Part shown: piece by piece, positions 15,170 through 26,228 of the stretch
Layout: each line of letters starts with the position of its first letter
Position numbering within the stretch: the stretch's first letter is position 1
Source: the human T2T-CHM13v2.0 reference genome, Homo sapiens
Assembly (NCBI RefSeq): GCF_009914755.1
Contig: NC_060928.1
Direction: 5' to 3' (one strand)
Length of the DNA stretch: 64,000 nucleotides
The notes under the pieces: model-generated
Seen by the model: only the letters and a program-made list of their open reading frames with translations
Databases searched by the model: none
What the model was told of the DNA's origin: nothing
Program-made: the position numbers and the translations under genes

Positions 15170-15720
15170 CTTAGACACTTCTGTGCAACAATGCCAGGTT
15201 AAGCTCCTTAAAAACCTCACTTTCAGCATACCACTAAAGAATCTTCATTGGCTCCTGCTGCTTTCAACTCAAACTCAGGCTTTCTCTTTGGTTTTCACAC
15301 TTCCCACCATGCTCCCTTCAGTTTCCCTTAAAGCTCTTGACTTTTGCACCAAAGGGTTTGCTTCTAGTTCCCCAAATATCCCTGACCTTTACTTCCTCTG
15401 TACTTTGCTGTCATTCTTCAATATTCAAAACATCCCTCTCTCCCCCATTTCTGTAATTAGCATTTACTCATTTTTAACATTGGGTCTCATATCATTCCAC
15501 CTTTCCCAGGCCTGCCCATGCAACTCCCAGAAGGCTAGCCAACAACTGGTGGTAACTCACAAGACTCTCTTACAAAACCACTTACATGGTCTGGATTTAT
15601 AGTTTAATTCACTTGTAGTATTTTTAATGAGTAAATTTATTTTCTCCAAAATGATTATAAGCTTGTTATAGACAAGATCACTCACTCTACATTTTTTGCA
15701 TCACACACTGAACTGTAATT
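15170..15720 (+). mobile_element. Probable L2 3' remnant
   Basis: Pyrimidine-rich L2-like body ending in gattataagcttgttatagacaagatcac; highly diverged. Confidence 0.45.
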
Positions 15721-15929
15721 TCCTGCTTAGAACTGAAGCTGCCACTAGTAAGAACTGATTAACATGAGTTGAAGTAGATTAAAGAGCAAATAAACCTGGT
15801 ACTAATGGGTAAAAAGGAATTAGGAGCATCCACATGGCTTCTTTCTTGAATTCCTGGATTACCTTTCCCTGCCTCTTCCAGGCAGCCCCAAGGCAATAAA
15901 GCAATGGAGGAAGGCCTGTGGAACAGGGC

Positions 15930-16558
<629 letters not shown>

Positions 16559-17519
16559 CTAACACCTGAAAGCCACTAGGGCGCGAGCAGTATAAGGAAA
16601 CAGTACTAATCCACTGACAAAGCATTTAATGTACAATTTGATTAATTCCATGATGGATGCCCAATAAAGCAAATTAAATAAAAACAGTCTCTGCTTTCTC
16701 ATGGTTAAACATAAACTCTGAAAAAAAAAATTAATCAACCGAGGAAAGAAGCCACCCCAAAAATTTACACTAGTAAGTTTCAGAAAAACAATTACACAAA
16801 CCTAAAATATTTATAGTAAATTTTATAATTACACTATAACTCAAACTCATCAGCATCTCTCCTTGTTTAAAGTTCTCTGCTATATCTGTTTTTTCTAATG
16901 AGAAAAATCAATGATAACTTAATCCACAATTTATACAAATCTGTACATACAAATATGTGTTTGTAACAAAAGGTAGACCCATATAGTATTTATAAAATGC
17001 ACATCTACAAGGAATAATGTAACTGGTGAAAGGTGAAACAATATATGCTCAGAAGTCAGAGGAAGTATAACGCTTCTGCCAACTTAAATTTGTTCTTTCC
17101 AAATCCACTTATTTGTGAAAGGTCATTTGGCAGAGGTAAAATCACAATCTTTCACTGAAGTTACTTGAGCACAACTTTGAAAAACCGTTTGTCAGAAAAT
17201 CTTGTTAAGCCTCCAGTTAAGCAGTCGTTCTTATAATATTACCATGGATTAGGTCATTTATAATTTATCTTTAGTCAAACGAACACCATGTGGTAAAGCC
17301 TGGAAGAAAGTCTGGGTTTATTTCCGTTTGTCCCGTTGTGGGGAATTAGGACCTAAATAAATGCAACAAGGTGCCCCTAACTGCAAAGTCACACGCAGTG
17401 CTTTTCTCTGCCTTCCTGCACGCTGCTATAGTGTGCCAAAGGAGACCAGCAGAGGGGCTGAAAGGAGTCTGAATCACAGGCCCAAAGGCCCAAACCCATT
17501 ACCACATTTCTCTAAAACA

Positions 17520-17815
17520 TACATGCTTCTCGATTTACGATGGGGCTACATCCTGACAAATTCCTCCTGAGTTGAAAATATATTTAATATACAGTAGAGT
17601 ACCTGTTGTTTACTCTCACGATCACATGGCTGACTGGTCACAGCTCACTTCCATTGTCCAGCATCCAGAGAAAGTATTTTACTGCATATTATTAGCCCAG
17701 GAAAAGATCAAAATTCAAACCTTGAAGTATGGTTTCTACTGAATGTCTATCGACTTTGCACCATTGTAAAGTCCAAAAGTCCTAAATAGAACCATTCTAA
17801 GTCGGGGACTGTTGG
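17520..17815 (+). mobile_element. MER47-like Tigger MITE (internally deleted)
   Basis: atgcttctcgatttacgatggggctacatcc...ggaaaagatcaaaattcaaa...taagtcggggactg termini. Confidence 0.8.
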
Positions 17816-20800
17816 TATATGCCATAAAACTTTTTTTAAAAGAAAAAAAGGAAAAAAACATCTATTCTTTTTCCTGGTTAAGTCATTCAAATCTTGGGTT
17901 CATCATCCTTAATGAAATAAAATAATGTCCATATTATGGAGGTGTAGTGAAAAACAAAACTAACTTGCAAAGCTCTTTGCGAAGTGCATAACACACGTTA
18001 TGAACATCACAGATAATGATTATAAACTCCTACTCTCAATAACAACCCCAGGACTGCCAAAGGCAAGCAGGCAAGCACAGTCCCAGGGATTCGGGAAACC
18101 TTCATTAGTCTCACGCCAGTTCCTCTGTTGGTGAAAACCCCAGCAAGAGCTGAGAAACAGCATTCTGGGTTGGACACATGGAGATAACTAGGAGGCCAGG
18201 ACCTTCCTCTCAAGAGGAACCGGAACCAGAACTGGAAGTCCAAAATGAAATCTAAATCCACTACCCTCCGTCTTTCTCAACTCAACTGAAAAGGACAGGA
18301 TTAGAGATCTACGGGTCTTAGACATATGCCACTAAGATCAGTAATTAACTGCTTTCTATGAAGCAATTTTGATAACTGTCTTGTGAATAAATAGCTATCA
18401 ATCAGATATTCGTAGTTCAGAAGACTATAATGGAGTGGAAATCAAAATGAAAGATGAATTGAACTTTCTATATCTAAAACCTCATATAAGTAGCATCACT
18501 CAGAGGAATGTCAGAAATCTCTTATAAGAGTAGATGTTGACAAACATAATCATATACTATAAGAAAAATTGTAAATAGAACAGCTTCGGACTTGCTATTC
18601 TCTTTTGTTCCCATCATGTCCAGTTAATTTTACTTTTGCCTGCCTTACTTTTTTGACACTGTCTTGTTTGTGTTAACATCCTTCAGAGAAACATTTTAAG
18701 ACTTTTCAGTAAGTCATGCAACCACAAATAACTAGAAATAGGAATCCAGTAAATGCAAATATAAGTCGAGGAATAAGGAGATCTTCATTCTATTTGTGAT
18801 TTTTACCTACAATCTTTTGCATGGCTTTACGGGTGGGCTGAAGGGCTGGATGGCTAACCTTGGTTCATAGTTTGTGTGCTATTTTTGATTTTTTAAATAT
18901 TAAAAAAGTTCCTAGGTGAAAGTTATGAAAACATTGCATCTATTGGGATTATAGATATTTAGCATCTTCTGTTTACCTTCTGAAATATTTTCTTGGGGTT
19001 CATGTAGTTATAGAAAATTAACAATTGATTTCTCCCCAGTTCTTCTCTAGTGCTTAAATCTAAATGTGGTGCTTGTACAGGCCACTAGGGAGAGACATAG
19101 AGTCTTCATATCAGTTTCTTGGCAGTTGTGTGACATGTTTCATAGCAAGGACACAGCAGTTTCACTGAATGCATTAATGACACATGCCCTGTCAAGGCTC
19201 TATTCACCCACTGGGGAACGACACTTTAATGGAGCAATGAAATACTGCTTTGTGGTCTATGGAACTCAGAGATGATGTTTCATATGGGAAATGATGTTTC
19301 ATCACATAGGAAAGGAACCCACATCACATGCAGAATACTAACCCATATTCACCATACAGAATATAAAAATGGTTAAATATGAAAAGCGACATTTGCAAAC
19401 AAAAATGCATAGTGATTTTCACAGCAATGGTAAAATTTGCCATATCACCAATGGCAAATTTTACATCACCAACGAAGACACTTTTGAAAGTTAAAAATAA
19501 GTTAACTTTTTTAATCCTCCAATCCCATACCTATACATAACACACGTAAACACACACACACACACTCAAGGTACATTAATTCTAGACTCACCCAGCAGTG
19601 AGTGACTCTCATACAGGCTATTGGCTTATCAGGGAATGTTTCTCATTTTACTCTCTACTGCACATTTTCTTACTGTAAACCAAAGTAAGTGACCGTAACC
19701 AATACAGAGATGTTGCCTTACTAAATCATACTTTTACTAGTTTTGACTTTGCAGAAATAGCAAATAGGTACTGCAAAATCAAGGACTCAAATTATCAGAA
19801 GCGTTATTGAGCCGATTATTACATTTCTGCGGTATTTAAGAACAGAAAGATATTTTCATCACTATAGTTACGGCAATGTAAGTATAGGCACTGAAAATTA
19901 TTTTTGTGATTCACAGAATGCAGTCTGTTCTATTTCATGTATATTGTTTTTACTCAAGAGGCATTCCTTTAACCCCTATATTAAATTATTACACATTCCA
20001 ACATTTTAATGTTTTCCCAAAATTTAAATGCAAAGGTAGTTTGATTTCCAAAAATTAGTCTTCTCAATCTTTAAGTGTATTTCAAAATATAAATATAAAT
20101 AAAATATTTCAAAATATAAGGCTATTTTCTACACATTGTGTATGTGTTAATCAACAGTCAAATTAAAGTTGACTGTAACACACCACAGGTACCTCTCCAC
20201 TTGCCACCAGTTGAAATAAACTACCGCAGTATAGTTCCAGCAAGGGGTACTGCAAGTGTTTGAACTGAAATGTCGAATATAACTTCTTTAGGAACTCTCT
20301 TAAGCATACTCTATATGGTTATGGCAGGTATGAACTTTTTAGATAAAGATATACTCTTTTAGAAGAGCCAGTAAGAAGTAGGAACACACACAAATCCTTT
20401 TTGAAAATCAGGATGCCTCAAAAGTATTTTGGCAACATTTTCAGGCAAAGGATTAAACACCTCTTATTTAAAAGAAAACAAAACAAACAAAAAACCCAAA
20501 CAAGAAAAAAAAAAACTTAGTTTGCAGTATCTCATGACCAGATTTAGGAATGAAGAGCTTATAAAGTTGAAACAAGCCTTGCATTGCTTGTGATCTAACT
20601 GACTCTAATCTCCCGTTACATCTCAAGTCTGACCAACTTCAAGTGAACTCTGAAAGCTCTGGAGCCTGGTTACTAAAGTCCCTGACACTTTTTTTCTAAA
20701 GTCGCTCACAGCGCCTGGTGCTCTGCAGACTATGAACACTCCAGGAAAGTAAGGCTGGGTTGACTGATCACCAGTGTCCCAGAATCTGTTTGGAGTCCCA

Positions 20801-21108
20801 TGAATCAGCTGGGGAAAGAAACGAGCATTTTCCGACCAAAATGAACTCATACTCTCCAGAGCCCCGCTGACTGGGCAGGGTTCAAGACCCCTTGGTTGCC
20901 CCAGAGGAAACCAGTCTGAAATAGATTTCGGGATCTCTCACTGGGCACCTCTCCGGGCCCTTCACTCGTGTAACTTGCTTGCCTCTCTAGTAACAACTTT
21001 CTATTTAAAAAGAAGAAGATTTTTCTCCAAAGCAGCGTGCACTGAGCTCAGTAACTTTGGATCCCACGTACACAAGCTTAAAGCACACACACTTTCCCCC
21101 GCGCAGGT

Positions 21109-21170
21109 TCTCGGGTCCGCCGCAGACCCTAACGCAAACTCTCGGGTTCTCCGCAAACCCTAACGCAGAC
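21109..21170. repeat. 31-bp tandem duplication at the start of intron 1
   Basis: tctcgggtccgccgcagaccctaacgcaaac / tctcgggttctccgcaaaccctaacgcagac, 27/31 identical. Confidence 0.9.
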
Positions 21171-21174
21171 CTAC

Positions 21175-21321
21175 CGTGGCCTCGCCCGCGTCGGGCTCCG
21201 CGTCCGAGAGGTCGAGTCCGGACTCGAAGGCGGCGGCGGCGGCGGGCGCCTCGCGAGGACCCGGGAGCAGCGCAGCGGCGAGCAGAGAACACGCCACAGA
21301 GAAGAAGCCCAGCAAGTGCAT
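21175..21321 (-). CDS. VEGFC: VEGFC coding exon 1 (signal peptide and start of N-terminal propeptide), 49 codons, phase-0 donor
   Basis: Minus-strand CCACC-ATG at 21321 translates to MHLLGFFSVACSLLAAALLPGPREAPAAAAAFESGLDLSDAEPDAGEAT, the recognisable N-terminus of prepro-VEGF-C. It is followed immediately by ACG|GTAGGT, a canonical 5' splice site at 21174. Confidence 0.98.
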
Positions 21322-21555
21322 GGTGGAAGGACCGGGGGTGGGGGACCGGTCCGCTGGCGGGGGCAGGGGTGGGGGCGCGGGCGCCCCTGCGAGGCCGCGG
21401 GCCCCTCCTGGTCCCTCTCCCCCGGGCTCCTCCCGGCGACCCCCCCTGGGCGAGCCGGAGGCGGCGGGAGCGGGTCCGGGGCTCCGCGTTCCCAACTTTG
21501 CAGGGCGCCCTCCCAGCCAGTGCCGGGGAAAGGCGGCGGGTGTCAGGTAAAAGCC

Positions 21556-21588
21556 TCACAGGAAACCGGACATCCGAGCTCCCCGCAT
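21556..21588 (-). other. Upstream ORF MRGARMSGFL* in the VEGFC 5' UTR
   Basis: ATG CGG GGA GCT CGG ATG TCC GGT TTC CTG TGA read directly; two in-frame AUGs; same frame as the main ORF. Confidence 0.7.
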
Positions 21589-21894
21589 TCGGAGCCCGCG
21601 AGGTGAAGCGAGGGCGAGGGAGGACGCCGCCGCGGTCCGCGTCGGTGTAGCTTTTTGGAGAGGCGGGGCGGGGGACACCAGAACACCCCGCGATGTTCAG
21701 CCCCTCCAAACCCGCCAGAGCCCTCGTCCCCCTCCTCCCTCCCCTTCCCCGAAGTGAGAGGAGCCGGGCCGCGGGCGCTGCGGCGGGGGCGCTGGCGGCG
21801 GTGCCGGGGGCGGGAGGAGGGCGGCGGGGCGGCTGGCGGCGGCGGGGCCCGGGAGCGCCGCGGCGCAGGATCCTCCAGAGCGCGCCGGGCTGAG

Positions 21895-21915
21895 CGGCGG
21901 CGGCGGCGGCGGCGG
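21895..21915 (+). repeat. (CGG)7 trinucleotide repeat near the TSS
   Basis: Seven uninterrupted CGG units. Confidence 0.95.
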
Positions 21916-24167
21916 GCGCAGGGGCAGGGCATGACTGACGCGCCCTCTGCCTGCGCTTATGTGAGAGAAAGCGGCCGAGGGAGGGAGCGTGCCGAGCCCG
22001 GGCTGCCCTCCCCTCTCACTCTCCCTCGGAAGCCGTCTCCCTGGAGCTCCCCGTTTCCCTCGCCTCCTCCCCGGCGGCCCCACCTCCCCCAGCCCCCCTC
22101 TGGATCTCTCCCTCCCCGCCCCTGTCCCCTGCGGGGAGCGGGCGGCCGGAGGGGCAAGTTCAGTCCCGGGGCTGGCGGTTGGCGGGACCGGCTTTAGAGG
22201 TGATGCGACCACCCTGGACCACGTGCAGCGGGGAGAAACTGGGCACCGTGGGGTGGAGGGAGCCCCCGCTTTATCCTCGGCCACTCCCGAGTTCTTGTCC
22301 TCCCTCCCGCACGCCTGGCCCCCAGCGCCCTGCTCAAAGTTTGGAAATGTCCTGGGGGTTGTAAAAGTTCCAAGAAAAGGTCATCACTATGTCAGAGAAC
22401 CCTATGGGACCTCGGAGGGGTCCCCTCTCTCCCTTGGTCTGTGTAGTTGAAAGTTGCCTGATGATCCAAGAACCGCAGTTCTCAGGATGCAGTGCAGGCT
22501 GTTGGGATGGATGCTAATGATCCCTTTGGAATCCTAAACTTCTGACAGGTGAAGAGAAGGGCCAGAATCTTCGTGGAGAGTAAAGAGACACATTGTCAGC
22601 TTCTGCAAGAAGTTGGTTTACTTGAAAAAGGGGGTGATAAAGAGAGATGTGTGTGAGACATATTCCAGAAAGGATGTGTAGCATCCAAAGAAAAGTGACT
22701 GCATTTCCCCATTGGAAAAGCACTGGGGTTTCCGTTGGGCTGGTGGCATTGGCTAGCTGCCTCCTTGGGGCAGGGTGAGCAGGTTACAGAGGACCACGCT
22801 AAGGGGTTTCAACAGTGTACAGAACATCAAAAGTCTGCCTTTCACTCCCAATCTACTTTTAAGTACACAGATGTTATAGGTCCATAATATCTTACCGGAA
22901 GAAGAGACTTTCTTATCTGGTTCAACTCTAGATTTGAAACTCCTCACCCATAATTTACTTGAAGGCTTAAATATCTCAAAGGACAGGGAACCTTCCATTC
23001 TGTGTGGCTGTTCACTCCCTTTATTGATGAGCAACACTGCTGAAAAGCATTTCCTTCTATCTCTCTATTGCTTTTGACTCCTGGAGTTTTACACAATAAA
23101 TCTAATCTCACTTCCACAACTGAGTCCTTCAAATATTTTGAAAATATTTATCATGGTCTCCCTAAGCTAACTTTACTCCTGGCTAAATATCCCTTTTATT
23201 CCCCAAGATGACAGTTCCAGTTTCCCCCCTTAACCATACTGTTAGCTTTCCATGTTCATGAAGTATGCGGTTGAGAACATGGCTCGGTACTTAGTGCTGT
23301 AATGAGCATGCAGAATGGACAGTATGCCTTTGTTGATACAGCCTTGGATTGAGTTTATTTTCTGGCAGCCAAATCACAGTGTTGACTCACACTACCCTTA
23401 AAGTCAACAAAATTCCTCAATAATTTTTCATATGTACTGCTACTTAGTCACGTCTAAATTCCCCTGTATTTGTGGAGTTAAGTTTACTGTATCCAAGATG
23501 CTTTTTTATGTATCTTTATGAAATTCCATCCCATCAGACTCGGTCCATGATCTAGCCTGTTGAGATGTTTTGTGATTTGGAACATGGTCAGTGTATCACT
23601 CTCTTGCTGTCTTCCTGCTCTATGCATATTTGATCAGCCTGCCATAGTTATCTTCAGACATTGATAGATCTGTGAAAAGAGAACAGCTAAGGGCAGACTG
23701 GGGTAGGATTTGAATAGAAGGTGGAGTTTCCATTCAACCATTTGCTATTACAATGATTCTAAACTTTGATTGCACTTGGCATCACAAAAGGAGATTTTGA
23801 AAAAACAGATGCTTGAGTACACCTTCTGCCTTTCTGGCTTAACTGGTCTAACTGGAGTAAGGCTTGGACATCAGGATTCTAATAGGCAAACAAAATTGAG
23901 AACCACAGGCATTTCCAACACCCACAGGCCTAGCAGCGGGTGAAGACTGGAAAATCAACAAACTCAAAATATATCCAAAATATATTAATATCATATTAAC
24001 TACTGTTTCATTTAAATACAGCAGTAAGCTGTATTCAAACTTTTTTCTCACAAAAGTGTTATCTTCCTGCTGCTATACTTTGAGTCAGAAAATGCTGGCA
24101 AAAAGTTTATTTGAATAAAAAAAAGGTCTCCAAAAACAATCATGCAGTAGTTGTTTGTCTTAAGGTT

Positions 24168-24327
24168 GGTCGGACACGGTGGCTCACGCCTGTAATCCCA
24201 GCACTTTGGGAGGCCGAGGCGGGTGGATCATGAGGTCAGGAGATCGAGACCATCCTAGCTAACACCGTCCATCTTAGGGAGACCATGATAAATATTTTCA
24301 AACGTTGGTGAAACCCCGTCTCTACTT

Positions 24328-24330
<3 letters not shown>
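24168..24330 (+). mobile_element. AluY-like left monomer only, carrying a 41-bp non-Alu insert
   Basis: ggagatcgagaccatcctagctaacac[insert 24266-24306]ggtgaaaccccgtctctac; TSD tgtcttaaggt at 24156-24166 and 24387-24397. Confidence 0.9.

Positions 24331-24382
<52 letters not shown>
24331..24382 (+). repeat. (AC)26 microsatellite
   Basis: Direct reading. Confidence 0.97.
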
Positions 24383-24386
<4 letters not shown>

Positions 24387-24686
24387 TGTCTTAAGGTGAA
24401 AACGAATAGTTGCTCAGGACTTTTTGGTTTTTTTTCTTCCTTACCCCCTGGAAACACTTTTTGCCACTAGCAGATTTTAAAGGTTGAGAAAGTCCTTTTC
24501 ACTGGTTTGTGAGTTCATCACTAGCTTCATGCAAGACCTATTTTACAACAGGTCTTCTAAATCTGGTTTTTCAAAAAGCATTGCTCAGTCAGTGGAGAAA
24601 GAGAGGTAGCAGGGCCCCAGCCAGAATAACACCTCTTTTACATATTGAGTTTTTGTTTTCTTTGATGATAGGTTTTGTTCTTTGTG

Positions 24687-24690
<4 letters not shown>

Positions 24691-24730
<40 letters not shown>
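24691..24730 (+). repeat. (GT)20 microsatellite (tail of an antisense Alu)
   Basis: Direct reading. Confidence 0.97.
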
Positions 24731-24733
<3 letters not shown>

Positions 24734-24853
24734 TTTGAGATGGAGTCTCGCTCTGTCTCCCATGCTGGAGTGCAGTTAGAGTACAGTGGCACCATGTCAG
24801 CTCACTGCAACCCCTGGGTTCAAGCTATTCTCCTGCCTCAGCCTCCCAAGTAG
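24731..24853 (-). mobile_element. Alu right-monomer fragment
   Basis: gagatggagtctcgctctgtc..ctcctgcctcagcctcccaagtag. Confidence 0.9.
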
Positions 24854-25066
24854 ATATGGGAGATGATAGTTTTGGATGGCAAAATAATGATGATAATATA
24901 TCCATTGTACATTCTCTAATATCCATTCTGACCATCTACTTTATTTCTCATTTGTTATTCCCTACCTTCTTGCTTTGTTAGTTTTACTTTGTTGCTTCAT
25001 TTCAAGCTTTTTTAGCTGAATGCTTAGTTCATTTTTCTTCTTTTTAGTTTAAAAATACAAGTTTCG

Positions 25067-25201
25067 GGCCATGTGTGGTGGCTCACATCTGTAATCCCAG
25101 CATTTGGGGAGGCTGAGGAAGGAGGATCACTTGAAGTTACTTTGAGACCAGCCTGGGCAACACAGCAAGACCCCATCTCTGCAATCAATCAGTCGATCAA
25201 T
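25067..25201 (+). mobile_element. FLAM-like Alu monomer
   Basis: Single monomer, (TCAA)n tail, TSD aaaatacaagttt. Confidence 0.85.
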
Positions 25202-25753
25202 AAAATACAAGTTTTGTCTAAATTCTGCTTTACTTGTATTTCTCAATTTTGATACGTAGTGCTTCCTTTGGCAAACAGTTGCAAATATATCTTAATTTGT
25301 TTATATTTTTAACCCCCAAATTATTTGTGTTTTCTTAGTTTAGGGATATATGATTTTTATCAATTTCTAATTTTATTATATTTAATTTTTGCTATAAATG
25401 ATGTTGCTTTTAGAAATGCATTCAGGCTTTCTTTGTAGTCCTGGACATGGCTGATCATTGCAACTAATTCTGTGTGTGCTTTATTTTTGTTGGGTATTAA
25501 TTTTGAGCTTATTATAATGTTCAAATCTTGTTTGGGAATGACGTTAAAATCTCCAGTTATAATTGTTGACATGTTTTTCTGTTTCTGACAGTAGTTCTTC
25601 CTGTTATTTTTTAACATAATGGGATACTTTATCATTTTGATCTAATTTTCTTCTTGGTAGTATACAATGTCATTTTTTTAACTTCTGATATTTTTATTTG
25701 AAGTTCTACTTTTTCTGATATTAAAATCATAGGCTTTAAGAATTGAGATCAGC

Positions 25754-26228
25754 TGTGAACATGACTTAGGTAAAACTATGAACCAGTTATGTACACATGA
25801 CTTAGTTGTTTCTTCTAGGAAACATTAGCCTGGAAAAGATAAGACTGCAATCCAGTATTTAAATTCAGTGTTTGCTTCAAGAAATGCTGGCAAAACAATA
25901 TATCGAAGATAATAATATTCTGACTCTGGTAAACAGCCTGCTTATTAATGACAGTTTTCTTACCCAAACTCTCACTTACAGATGTTAACTGATCCTAAAC
26001 TACTAGATCATGAACGTTGCCCAATCTTACTCAATTCCCCACTTTGAAAGACCCACCTTAAACTACTCGTGTCCAGACTCCAAAGCTCTACAACTATTCT
26101 GCTTCTGACTTACCCAAGACACCCTAAGACCCTGTCCAGGTGGCACTCTCCCTTACTGCTGTAGGTTCGGCTAAATGGAACTTTTGTTTATTGAAAACTT
26201 TTCTACTGATATTTTCGGGTGTTCAACA
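25754..26228 (+). mobile_element. ERV1-class 5' LTR (MER110/MER89-like)
   Basis: ccaatc..ctttgaaagacccaccttaa..ggtggcactctcccttactgc..ttcaaca end, directly followed by a PBS. The start position is approximate. Confidence 0.65.

Larger units (their letters stand above)
21322..21936 (-). other. VEGFC: VEGFC GC-rich 5' UTR (upstream limit depends on which TSS is used, ~21755 or ~21936)
   Basis: The sequence matches my recollection of the VEGFC mRNA leader (GGGGAAGGGGAGGGAGGAGGGGGACGAGGGCTCTGG...CCTTCCACCATG). Initiator-like motifs on the minus strand: TCACTTC (21757-21751) and TCAGTC (21938-21933). Confidence 0.75.
21090..22330. promoter_or_regulatory. VEGFC: CpG island / TATA-less VEGFC promoter with multiple GC boxes
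   Basis: Abrupt switch to very high GC and CpG density in an otherwise AT-rich window. GGGGCGGG-type Sp/KLF motifs (e.g. ~21665, ~21807), an E-box CACGTG at 22220-22225, and no TATA box seen. Confidence 0.93.

Noticed and set aside
15123-15602. 159-aa ORF
   Set aside because: TTG start, no recognisable domain, and it overlies a pyrimidine-rich probable L2 remnant.
21128-21163. CCCTAA hexamers as interstitial telomere sequence
   Set aside because: Only two isolated copies, explained by the 31-bp duplication.
21160-21174. ORF continuation VGLR* after EAT
   Set aside because: Intronic read-through past the GTAGGT donor, not part of VEGF-C.
22220-22225. CACGTG as a functional HIF response element
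   Set aside because: A single hexamer in a CpG island is insufficient, and it equally fits USF/MYC. It is noted only as a motif.
21005-22450. Many long overlapping ORFs (up to 234 aa) on both strands of the CpG island
   Set aside because: They have low-complexity Arg/Pro/Gly/Ala content expected from stop-poor GC-rich DNA. Only the frame containing MHLLGFFSVAC... is a recognisable protein with a splice donor.
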